64,000 nt of DNA. It comes from Geosiphon pyriformis uo1. Lineage: Eukaryota > Fungi > Glomeromycota. The notes beneath the pieces are model-generated. The model was given only the letters and a program-made list of their open reading frames with translations. It searched no databases and was not told the origin of the DNA. The stretch spans positions 256,224 to 320,223 of the forward strand of contig JAAOMT010000201.1 in NCBI GenBank assembly GCA_016748015.1, in the 5' to 3' direction. The position numbers were made by a program, and so were the translations under genes. How positions within the stretch are numbered: the first letter of the stretch is position 1; each line of letters opens with the position of its first letter. Of the stretch, positions 37,360 through 49,473 are shown one piece after another.

Positions 37360-40300
37360 TGTTATAGATGATTATTTAAGATCTTAAATCAAATAACAAA
37401 TCTGTAACTTGGTGCTCAATATCTTAACAATGCTGGTGATACTAGTACATTGGTTATATCTAAAAGTTTTAGAGTTGAGTCCTTTGTATAATAGACAGAG
37501 ATTTAAATGATGGCTTTATCCATAGCTTCCCAAAACTGCAGTTTTATCAAATTTCTTTCTTAGCATGGTGGCTGGTAATCTTTCTGGTAAGCTATCCTCA
37601 AATTTATAAGTGTTCTATCTTTGTTTCACAGGTCTTTTACCAGTCCCTATGATGTCTGTATCTCAGCACTTAATCTTTAATAAATTTTAGTAAAACCCAA
37701 GAAATAACAAAAAAAAATAAAAAAAAATAAAAAAAAATAAAAAATTTTAACAAAAAGCAATTGCAAGTTAATATCCTGTTAATAGCCATGATCAAGAGCT
37801 ATTGTTCCAGTATAATTAGGTATCAAGTACTATCAACATGAAGTGTTAATAGTGGAGAGTGTATTAAAATGGCAAATAATTATTTATTGATATTTATGAA
37901 TAGAAGATTGCTTAGATCAAAACTAAACTGAGAGGTCTGTTCTTTTTTCTTCTAATGCTATTGCTATATATACATAATTTGGGTTCTACAAGATCACTCA
38001 CATTCTCGAACAATGTGCTATAATTTTTCAAGCAATGCTCACATTGTTGAGCAATGTGCTGTATTTTTTTGACATTGCTTTATATTGCTAAGCAATGTGC
38101 CATGATTTCTGACATTGTTCCACATTGCTGAGCAATATGCCATGATTTCTAATATTACTCTACATTGCTGAGCAATGTGCTCGCATGTTACTACTACTCA
38201 CTTATTAGTCGACTATTTTTTTATATATTTGTTTTCTTTTTATAAGTAACATTATCTCTTCTTTTTTAATATTGAGCTCTGTTGAAATCTTTGTTTTGAA
38301 TTAGTTCTAATACTTCTTTTTCAAGTATTGTTTGTTCAACTCTGTTTCTCACATCTTCTACTTGTGTATTGTTTATTTTTCTCCATTGGTTAATGGTAAT
38401 GACTTTCATGTCCGAGTGTAACAGTATTTCTAAATAGTTCCAAAATATGTTGTATAGTCAATACATTGTTTTAATATGTAATGTTGAATTTGTTTTCTTT
38501 CTGATAAATTCTTCAATTTGTTGTATTATGTCTTGGTTAAATATTTTTTTAGATTTGTCGATATACAACTCCTAAATATTCAACTTCTGACCTAACTGGT
38601 AGTAACAGTATAATATTGGAAGTTGTTCTGTTTATTGTTTCTAATTCTCTTTAGTGAGTTTTTCTGTTGGTGTCATCATAGGTATTGTCCCAAAAGTGTT
38701 CTTTACTTTTTCTATTATCTTCTCTGACCAGTTTTTATCATTCTTTGATAACCATTAATATGGTATGTTCTTTGTCTTTCTTTTGGTTTTTTGATAGCAA
38801 ATTGTTTGGTTGTTAATGATAATTTCCATGTTTAACTGTTGTTGACTTAAGGCCTGGAACAGTTGTTGAGCTATAGTGTGAATATGATCTGGTATTTCTA
38901 TTTTCTTGGTTGCTTTTGTTGCGTGTATTGTGCCTTTATATACTCTTTTGGGTTGTTTGATTTGACGTGTTTGGTTCGATAATTATGATTGGTTTCAGAT
39001 CTCATGGAATCTCATCTGGTTGAACTAGTATTCTTTGTACTCCTAGTTGTAGAATGTTATTAGTGAATGATGATGCTATCTGGTGATATTGTTTTAGTCG
39101 ATCACCATGTGCTGCTTTGGCTAAGATTTTGTTGTCTCATCTTAATTTATAAGCTCCATTTCCAAGAATTTCTTCTATGTGAAATGGTCTATCTCATTTG
39201 GGGTCAAATTTTCCACTCCATTGTTTTTCCACTTTAGTACAATGTAGAAGTACTTTGTCTCCAATCTTGAATTTAACTGGTTTGTCTGATAGTTGGTTAT
39301 CATGTCTCTTTTTTTGTTTTTCTTGTGACTTTTAAATGTTATCAGCTGCTCTTTGTCACTTGTTTTCTAGAGTTTCCATCAAGTCATATGTTCTTCTTAG
39401 CAATGTTTCTTGAAAATTGTCTTCAGTTATTGGTTCTGTTGGATATGACTTGACTTCTATCTCAACTGGTAATATTGCTGTTCTACTGTAGACTAATTCA
39501 AATAGTGTTGCTTGTGTAGTGTTTTGTTTCATTGTTTAATAAGCAAATAATACTGATGGTATAATCAAGTCTTATTTGTCCTGGTTTTTTTGGCTGATTT
39601 TGGCAATGGCTTCACACAATGTTCTGTTAAACCTTTCTACTAATCCATTTGTTTGTGGATGATATGGTGATGATAATGGTCTTTTGATTCCAAATCTTTG
39701 ACTTAATTCTGTCAATGTTCTGTTTACAAAGTGGATTCCTTGATCTGATAGTAGTTATTTTGGACATCTATGTTGACAGATCAAATCTTGATGAATGAAT
39801 TTGGTAACGGATTCTGCGTCTGCTCTTTGAATTGTTTTTGCTTCTGGCCATTTAGTAAGATAGTCCATGGCTATTGCAATATATCTGTTGCCTCTGCTAG
39901 TGATTGTTAGTGGTCTGACTAAGTCAATTCCAATGTGATTAAATAGTTGTCCCACTTTAATTGGTCTTAATGGTTCACTGGGTTTTGTTCCTTCTCTTCT
40001 TTGACAAACATTACAATTTTGAACATATTAGATAATGTTTGAATACATTAATGACCAATAGTATCTTTTTCTAATTCTTTTCATGATTGCTTCTTTATAA
40101 AAATGTTCTGTTGTTGGATCTGAGTGCATATTGAATAATATTGTCTCTTTTTCTGGTTCTGTGATTACTCTGGTTGGTTGATCTGGATTTTTTCTGTTCT
40201 TCTGGTAAAGTATATTTTGATGATTGATAAAATATTTTGATTGTTGTTTTATGTTCCTTTGTTCTTTTCGAGATAATTTTTCCTGAAACAAATGGGTATT

Positions 40301-43300
40301 TATATAGTATTGTAGTTGTTGGTATTTTTGGATATTTATCTTTTGTTATATTTTTAGGTTGAAATGTTTTTAAATTTGCCTCATTCGCAACAATCTATCA
40401 GCATTTCCATTGTCTTTTCTTTTTTTATAATGTACTGTATAATTGAATGGTGAAAGTTCTATTTTCTATCTGGTATGGCGATCATTTGCAAATTCTTGTT
40501 TTTGGATTAATGTTAATCCTTTGTGATCAGTATATACATCAAACTTTTGGTTCAAGTATTCTCTCCACTTAATAACAGCCCAATAGATAGCTAAGTGTTC
40601 TAATGCTGGAGTTCCATAGTTCTTCTCAGCTGGACTTAAGCTTTTACTGGCATAAGCTACTGGATGCTCTCTTCCATCTGGCCTTTTTTGTGATAGTACT
40701 GCTCCCAATACTTGACCTGATGCATCCGTGGTGATTATAAATAGTTTGCTATAGTCTGGATACATCAGTACTAGAGCTTGGATAAGCTTTCTTCTTAATG
40801 TGTCAAATGCTTTTTGTTGAGCTTCTGTCCATTCATACTTCACATTCTTGGTTTGTAGTTGGTAAAGTGATTGAGCCAGTTTTAAAAAGTCTTTGATAAA
40901 ACAACAATAGTAGCCTGCAAATCCCAAGAATGCTCTTAGTTCCATGAGATTGTTTGATACTGGAAAGTTCTTGACAACTTCAATTTTGTCTGGATTTGTT
41001 TTGATGCTATCTTTGCTCACAACATGTCCCAAAAATTTTAGTTCTATCTTTCCAAAGAAACACTTAGTTGCATTTAGTTTCAATCTGGCTCTTTTAAGTC
41101 TTTCAAATACTTGCTGGAGGTAGTGCAGATGATCATCAAATGTTTTTGAAAACACATTTGTGTCATCTAGATAGACAACTACTGATTTCCATAGTAATTC
41201 AGTATAGATGATTTCCATAAGTTGTTGGAATGTCACTGGAGTGTTTATCAAGCCAAATGGCATGACTTCAAATTCAAAATTCCCTTCTCTTGTTGTGAAT
41301 ACAGTCTTTTTTTTGTCGGCTGAGTTCATGGCTACTTGCCAGTAACCACTATCTAAATCTAGTGTTGAGAACCATTTATTTCCTCCAAAAGCATCAAATA
41401 GTTCTTGGATCTTTAGAGTTGGGTAGCTGTCTCCTTTGGTTACTTCATTCAATTTCCAGTAATCTACACAAAAGTGGATTTTTCCATTCTTCTTCTGGAC
41501 TAGTACCACTGGTGACAACCATGAACTCATTAATGACTGAATTAGCCCATTGTCAAGCATCTGATTGATTTTTTAACAAATGATCTCATGGCTAACTGGT
41601 GGTACTCTGTATGCTCTTTGCTTAATTGGCATTGCATCTACAGTCTTGATCTAATGCTGGATAATGTTGATGCAGTCAAATTTATTTTTGCTTGCAAAGA
41701 TGTTATTGAAATTGCTGAATAATATCTTTAGTTGTATTTGTTGAAGTGGATCTAGATTTCTCATGTTGATCTGTTCCAATTGTTTTAATTGGAGCAGATA
41801 ACATTCACTTTGTCTGTATATAGTCTGTGATATGATGTTTACATATCCACAAAGTTGTGGAAAGTCTGGAATGTGGTTTAGTGGTTGATCCTCAACTTTG
41901 GTGGTTAAATATTTAATGATAGTTCCCTTTAGTATCTCGATGACATTTCTTATTGTGTTGTAGATGGGAATTTTGATATTTTTGGAACTTTTGGCTAATA
42001 TATAGAGATTAGTGAGTTCAATCTCTCCTGATTTGCAAATGGCGGCTTCTACTTCAAACAACTGAGCTTGATTCTTTACTTCTCTTTTTATGGCTAACAT
42101 ATACTGGTCATATGGTGAAATGAAAATTGATTAACAGGTTGAGATAATTTCTCCTTTGTTAGTAATTTCTTCTTTTGCTATATTAACTGGTATATTTATT
42201 CTACCCATTGATCCAAATCTCTGTATCCCTCTAGCTGTAATTCCTAATTCTTTCCTGTTTCTCACTGACATTAGCTGAGTTACTTTCACCAAAGGTAGGA
42301 ATATTGCTTGTGCTATCTTTTCATTTGAATCTATGGTATATGTTTTTTCTAAGTTATTTTGTAGTATAGCAATGATATTTCCTATGTATCCTGCATCAAT
42401 TATTTCTCCTTTGATGTTGATTTCTTTTTTTGCTAAACTACTTCTGGATGCTAATTGAACCATTGTTGTTGCTGGAATTTCCAGTGCTATTTTCAGGTCA
42501 ATGCAAATGCACAAATGTGGTTCTAATTTGAGGAGATCTTTTTCTGGATATCTTAGATCAAATCCTGCATCAGTATCGTGTGCGCGTACTGACATGATAT
42601 CTTCACCATTATTGCTGAATCATTTAAGTTCTTGTTCCTTGATGAGGTTGGGAAGTGCAATAAATGTTTCAGAGTCTGAATCGAAGTTTGAATTGTTGTA
42701 ATTTTTGTTGCTAATTGGAGCAGAGCTAGAACCATTGTTTTCGTCATCATCATTGTTAAAGTTTGAATCGGAATTGAGAATCAATTCTGATTTAGATGTG
42801 CAGCTGCTAATTGGTTCTTCTTCTGAGATTGTGTATATCATGTGGATTGAGGGGTTGTAAATAAGATCAGACTCATTACAATATTGAAAGTCACATGGGA
42901 TTAAACAGTGGTCACAAAGTTGAGTGTTTAATTGTGCTAAACATTCTTTTTGTTCCTCCCTTATGGGTGTTAAGTTTTGATAATGCTTATGGAAATCTTC
43001 TGGGCTGTTTTCTAAGTTAAGGAAAACATCTGAGTTGAGAACCAAAACGATGTCTGTTGGTTCTGGAGAGTTGTTTTTGATCTTCAGAATTTCACTAAGT
43101 AAAGCACCTTCTACTTTGGCATTGGCTATTCACCAGATTTCATTCTTGTCATGTGGATAACCTTCTAAGCGAGAAATCACTCAGTGCCTGACTACTATAA
43201 GAGGTGTTTCATGACTCACCCAGTTGCTAATGAGTATGGTATATTGGCATGAAGTGTCACATGTTCCTCCTTGACCAGGAATGTCATTCCACATTCCTTC

Positions 43301-46300
43301 ATCAAGAAGCTGTTCACCACAAGCAAGACATGATTTGTTGTCCCACTTTCCCTGTCATTTTGGGTATCCATAGCGTTCTCTATGGCATGGTTTATAGTAA
43401 TAGTGGGTTCTTGTCCAATAGTCTTTGTCCAAGGCAATCCAAGCTCCCATGGAGAAAAGTTTCTTTCTATAGTCTTTGCATTTAAGAGGTATATATGGCA
43501 GCTTCTTTATTGGTTCATGTGAATATTCTCTTTTCCAGCCACTAGTTGTTTCTTCTGTGGTGGTGATTTCTTTTGGTACATCTTTTTCTCTTTCTTTCCC
43601 TTTTCCTTTTTCTTTCCAGCTTATAGTTGGTGGTAACTCACTTTGGCTGTCATTAGTTCATATGTTGATGGTGTTTCACCAGATATGTTCTTCTTGTTGT
43701 TTTCCATTGACATGATTGTCCCAGGAAAGTATTGGTGATAGTTTGTTGTGGTCAGCATCGGCCCATGATACTTAATATGCTTCCCACATTGGTTTGTTTT
43801 CTTCCTCCTCGAATTCAATAAGCAGTGCTGTTGGCATGATGTTACTGGGTTTGAAATGCCCATATGTTGCTGGTACTCTAATGTGTTGGCCATTCAGATT
43901 TATTCTCAATTTTTGAGTAGTCCAGTCCAGTGTTGCATTTGTTTTAGATAACCAATTATTGCCAACTAGTGCTTGATACTGGATTGCTTCCATTACTAAA
44001 ACCTTGATGGATATGATAATGCTGTTGATTTCAATAGGGAAGTCATCTATTTCATCTATAGGTGTCTTTGTGGCTCCATCAGCAGTAATAATTCTGGCAC
44101 TGGCAGTGCAATCAACTTGGTGACCTAATTGAATAAAGGTATGTTTGATGATCCCTCGAGTTCGAATAGAAAAATTGCTGCTAACAATTCATTGTTTGTG
44201 ATGGTTGTTAGAGGTATGTTGCTGGTATGTGGCTGCTTCTGGTTAAGTTCCTGAGTGTTAGGTGAGACGTCTTCTGGGATAACCAGAAGGCTTAAATAGT
44301 TCTGAAAACTCAGGTTTTGATTATACCCGGTTCCTAAACTCTACTGGCATGATCCTGATGATTGATTTGATAAGCTAAGAATTGGTTGGTGAACCACCAT
44401 TGCCAATCTCTAGTTTTGGGTTACTCTGGATCTAGAGTATTCTAATGTCATTTGAGCTGAGTTGAATGGCAGTGTTTGAACTGTGGGTGCCTAATAAATT
44501 ATTTGTGGCTGCGGTGGTTGATACATTAGCAGTGGCTGCAGTTGATAGACTAGAGGTTGATATATGGGTGGTTGATATATTGGCTGTTGTGTCATTAGCA
44601 GGTAAGTCAGTTAATATAGTGCTGAGTTGAATTGGTAATTCAGAGTTAGGAACCAGCAATCGGGGTTTCAATATTGATTTTTTGATCGTAGGTTTTCTAT
44701 TCTTAACCAACAATTGATTCTCAAATGTTCTTGTTTATTACAGTAGTGGCAGATATATATTTCTTGCTGCCACGGCTGATTGGGTGATGATAAGAGATGT
44801 GACTGATTTTGTGGGCAATTTGTGATTCCTAAATTATTGCGTTGTTGGGGTGGCTGATAAATTGCGCAATTGTCAGCTAAGTATCCTTCTAGCTTTTGGT
44901 TAATAGAATTACTGAATTGTTTCAATTTGGAATCTAATTCAAATGATCCATTCATCACTAGATTTACGGCTTGGGCATGGTTAGCTTCAAGTTCAGCTGC
45001 TTCAAAATCTCTGATATTGTTAACTATAGCTTGAAAGTCTGCTAGATGTATTGGGCATATGCATTGGAGGATGCTACTGCACAAGTCTCTAATAAATTGG
45101 TTTAGGATTTGTGGCGCTGTAAAATAGTCAGCCTGGATTGTTTGAATCTGGTGCAAATTTCTATGGAAGCGTTCTAGGTAAGGAGTGACTGCTTCATTTT
45201 CCCCTTGTTTGATAGTGATGAAAGTGTTTGCTAGCTGATTAATACTATTATTGTTGCTGAAGTATTATAGGAATACAAGCTTGAATACATTGAAATCTAC
45301 AGGTTTGTTAACCAAGCTTTGATATCATGAATTGGCGGTATCTTAGAGAAAATAAAAAATGGCCTGCATGGCTCTGGCATTATTCCATCTATTGGCTGTG
45401 ATGGCTTTCTCTATATCATTTAGCCACACTTAGATGTCATCCTTTTCGCTGGTGAATTTTTCAAGTTTGGCAATAGGAACATATGCCATTGGTGCTATAA
45501 TTTGTTGTTGTAGTAGTTGTTGAAGTTGTTGTTGTGGCAGTAGGAGCAGCTGTTGTGGTTGTTGGGACGGTTGATGTAGCTGCTGTTGTTGTTTGTTGAT
45601 TGGTAAAGCTGGGGGTGGATTGATCATGATTACTGAAGGTAAGTGTTGTTGATTATTAATGTCAGGGTTTCGATTATTCTGATTGTGCTGCATTTGAAAA
45701 TTCGGAGTTTCAGTTTCTGGATTTTCTAAATTTAAATTTAGCTAAGTCTGAAAGTTCAGGGTTCTAATGTTTGGGTTTTTTGAGATTGGGTTTTGGTAAG
45801 TAAATTCTTGATCTTCAGATTCTTCTTCCTCTTTTTCTGATTCCGTTACCTCCTAGGAACTCATGTTTTTGAAATCTGGTTGGGGTGGTGGTGATTAGAA
45901 TTCTGATGGCATTGGCAATTATAATTTAAATCCTTTAAAGTAATCGCCATATGGTCCTAATAACTCTGCTTTTCTCTGTTTACTTTGAAATAAGAAGCAT
46001 TCAAATATTGATGTTGCGTTTGATGTGGATGCGTCAGTTAATAAAATGTTGATGGCACTTTTGGGTATATAGTAGTATGATGAGTTTGTTGGTAATTCAA
46101 CTTGGTTTTTTTTCCAAGTGGGTGGTTGTATTTGTTTTGGAATTACTGCTGGTGTTTGTAGTTTTTTTTTGCTTTTACTTAAGTAGGTAATTGGGTATCT
46201 TTGTTGTGTGTGATGTTCAATTTTTTTGTTAATCTCAGTGATAATGGATGTGAAATTATGATTTGTTGATAAGCTGGTGTTTTGTATTAATTCATGGTAG

Positions 46301-46451
46301 AAAGTTTTTCTCACTGATTCAGTGTTTACTGATGTCCCTAACAAATAGGCAATTCTATTGTTAACATAAAAATTGAAGGCTGATTCTGCTAATATATGAT
46401 TATGATTTAATTTCAAGTGTTGACAGTAGTGTTGAAATAAGGATTTTGCGA
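37360..46451 (-). mobile_element. Second Gypsy family A element: 3' LTR 37360-38251, internal to 46451, resumes 56629-56732
   Basis: PPT after 38251; ORF3, integrase, RT/RNase H ORF 40466-41560, dUTPase 42131-42595, gag fragments 44668-46451. Confidence 0.9.
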
Positions 46452-47341
46452 TATTACAGGTGATTATTTCTGCTGTCAAACCAAATAACAAACCCATAAC
46501 TTGGTGCTCAAAGCTAATTGCAGTTGCTATTGATCTGAAGATTTAGTATCTGAAGGTTTTGGTTGAGTTCTTTGTATAATGGATAGAGATTCAAATGGTG
46601 TCGATAATAGATGTATCCTTCCAAGAGTTTTCCTAATTTCTTTCTCAGTGTGATGGCTGGATTTAGTCTGGTAGTCGTGCCTTTCTGGTAAGCTATCCGA
46701 TAATATATATATAAAATCTTACTCTTATTTTTGGGTCTTTTACCAGGCTATTCTTAACGTCAATAACTCAGCACTTAATCTTTTAATCAATTAGTATACA
46801 ATAACAAAATCAAAAATGGAAAAAATTGAAATAAATAAAAAATAAAAATAAAGAAAGTAAAGAAAATAAGCCAAGGCAATTTGGTCTGTTAGTATCTCGT
46901 CAATAGCCGTGATCAAGAGCTATTGTTCCAGTGTGGTTAAGTATCAATTACTATCAACATGAAGTGTTGATAGTGGAGAGTGAATTAAGATATGGAATGA
47001 TTATTTATTTAATGATTAGTTTCTTGGCTAAGGATTCTGTGGTATTGATTCTGTCTTTTTTGTTTCTAATACTACTGCTATATATACATAATTGAGATTC
47101 CTCAATTTTTCGATTCTTTACGACAAGAATCCTGGAATTCCTGGAATCCTGCGAGTCCTTTGAGAGGAATCCTGGAATTCTGGAATTCTGCAATTCCTCA
47201 TTGAGAATCCTGAAATTCCTGGAATCCTGCAATTCCTAAGAGGAATCCTAGAATTTCACATTTACTATGCTTACTTCTGATTGGCTAATAATTATGCTAA
47301 TATAATTCCTATATTTCTATGAGTAACATTATTCCCTCCTT

Positions 47342-47974
47342 TTAATATTGAGCTCTATTGAAATCTAACTCATGTAATTCCCTCTCTTGAAGTATTTCCT
47401 GGATTTTGTTTTTGAGAATTACTTGTGTTATTTGGGTCTGTAATTCTTCAAATTGAGTATTGGTGATTTTTCCCAATTGATTACTAGTCACCATATCTAT
47501 TTCTCTGTTGAGCAATATTTCTGGTTTATTCTAAAATGCTGTGTGTATTCGGTATATGGCTCGGGCTTGTGTGAATAAGTTGTTCTTTCCCAAAGAATGT
47601 TCTAATTGTTGTAGTATTCTTTTGTCAAATAATTGCTTTGTTTTATCTGTATATAGATTCTGGATATTTATGTGTTGTCCCAAGTAAAAATAACAATAGT
47701 TTCATGGAAATTGTTGTATCCACTAATTCCAAGTTTCTTTAGTCAACTCTTGATATAGTGACTCTTTTGTCAATTCTTTGATTATTGCTAATTTTACTTT
47801 CACAATGATTTTGTCCACTGTATTTTCAGTTTTTTTTTGTGTTCTGAGTTGTAATGTCTTTCTAGTATCTTGATATCGAATAGTTTGTTGATTGATTGTA
47901 ATCTCCATTTTCTGGTGTTGGATTAATTGAAAGAGTTATTGTACTAGTGAGTGAATGTTGTCTGTAATTTCCAT
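47342..47974 (-). pseudogene. ORF3 of best-preserved family A element
   Basis: ATG 47974 to TAA 47342 (DFNRAQY*); TATATAAA at 48015-48008. Confidence 0.7.
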
Positions 47975-48028
47975 TTTTCTGATATTTCCTATCGCGTCTA
48001 CCATGTCTTTATATATTCTTTTGATGAA

Positions 48029-49411
48029 TCAATTTAATGTGTTGTTATCAATAATAATGATTGGTTCCAGATCTTGTGGAATTTTATCTGGTTGGACTAG
48101 TATTCTCTGTATTCCTAATTGTGGAATATTACTGGTAGATGGTAATGTGATGTTGTGATATGGTTTCAGTCGATCTCCATGTGCTGCTTTGGTTAAAATT
48201 TTGTTATTCAATCTTAATTTGTAAGCTCCATTTCTTAGAATTTCTTTTATGTGAAATGGTTCGTCCCATTTGGGATCAAATTTTCCACTCCATTGTTTTT
48301 CTGCTTTGGTACGATGTAGTAATACTTTGTCTTTAATCTTGAATTCAACTGGTTTGTCTGGTAGTTGACTATCATGTCTTTCTTTCTGTGTTTCTTGTGA
48401 CTTTTGGATATTATCAACTGCTCTTCTTCATTTGTTTTCCAATGTTTTTATTAAGTCATATGTTTTTTTCAGCAATGTTTCTTGAAAATTTTCTTATGTT
48501 ATTGGTTCAGCTGGATATGTATTAATTTCTCTCTCTACTGGTAATATTGCTATTCTCCCATATACTAATTCAAATGGTGTTGTTTGTGTAGTATCCTGTT
48601 TCGTTGTCCGATAAGCAAATAGTACTGATGGTATGAACAAATCCCAATTGTTTTGGTTTTTTTGGCTGAGCTTGGCTATTGCTTTACACAACATTCTGTT
48701 GAATCTTTCTACCAATCCGTTGGTTTGTGGATGGTATGGTGATGATAATGGTCTTTTGATTCCAAATCTTTGGCTTAATTCAGTTAATGTTTTGTTCACA
48801 AAATGAGTTCCTTGGTCTGACAATAATTCTTTTGGACATCCATGTCGACAAATCAACTCCTGATAAACGAATTTGGCAATGGATTCTGCATCCGCTCTTT
48901 GAATTGCTTTTGCCTCTGGCCATTTAGTAAGATAGTCCATAGCTACTGCTATGTATCTGTTTCCTCTGCTGGTGATTGTTAATGGTCTGACTAAATTAAT
49001 TCCCATATGGTCAAATGGTTGTTCTACTTTGATTGGTTTTAATGGTTCACTGAGTCTCATTCCTCCTCTTTGCTGACAAGCATCACAATTTTGAACATAT
49101 TGAATGATGTCTGGATACATTGATGGCCAATAGTATCTTTTTCTAGTTCTTTCCATGGTTGCTTCTTTGTGAAAATGTCCTGCTGTTGGATTTGAGTGCA
49201 TGTTGAATAATATTGTTTTTTTTTCTGGCTCTGTAATTACTCTGGTTGGTTGATCTGGATCTCTTCTATTTTTCTGATAAAGTATATTTTAGTGAGTGAT
49301 AAAATATTTTGATTGTTGTTTGATACTCTTTTATTCCATATGAAATAAATTCTCCTTGAACTGTTGAGTATTTAGATAATGTTGTAATTGTTAATATTTT
49401 TGTATGTTCAT
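48029..49411 (-). pseudogene. Integrase
   Basis: ORF 48494-49201 with H..GH..CDACQ, SDQG, YHPQTNGLVER; own ATG at 49411. Confidence 0.9.
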
Positions 49412-49473
49412 CTTTTGTTGTATTTTCCATTGGTATTGTTCTGGTTTTATTATATTTTTGGTTTGAAATGTTC

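Noticed and set aside
45919-46497. 192-aa ORF as a real gene start
   Set aside because: Chance in-frame fusion of the inserted LTR end with the interrupted gag.
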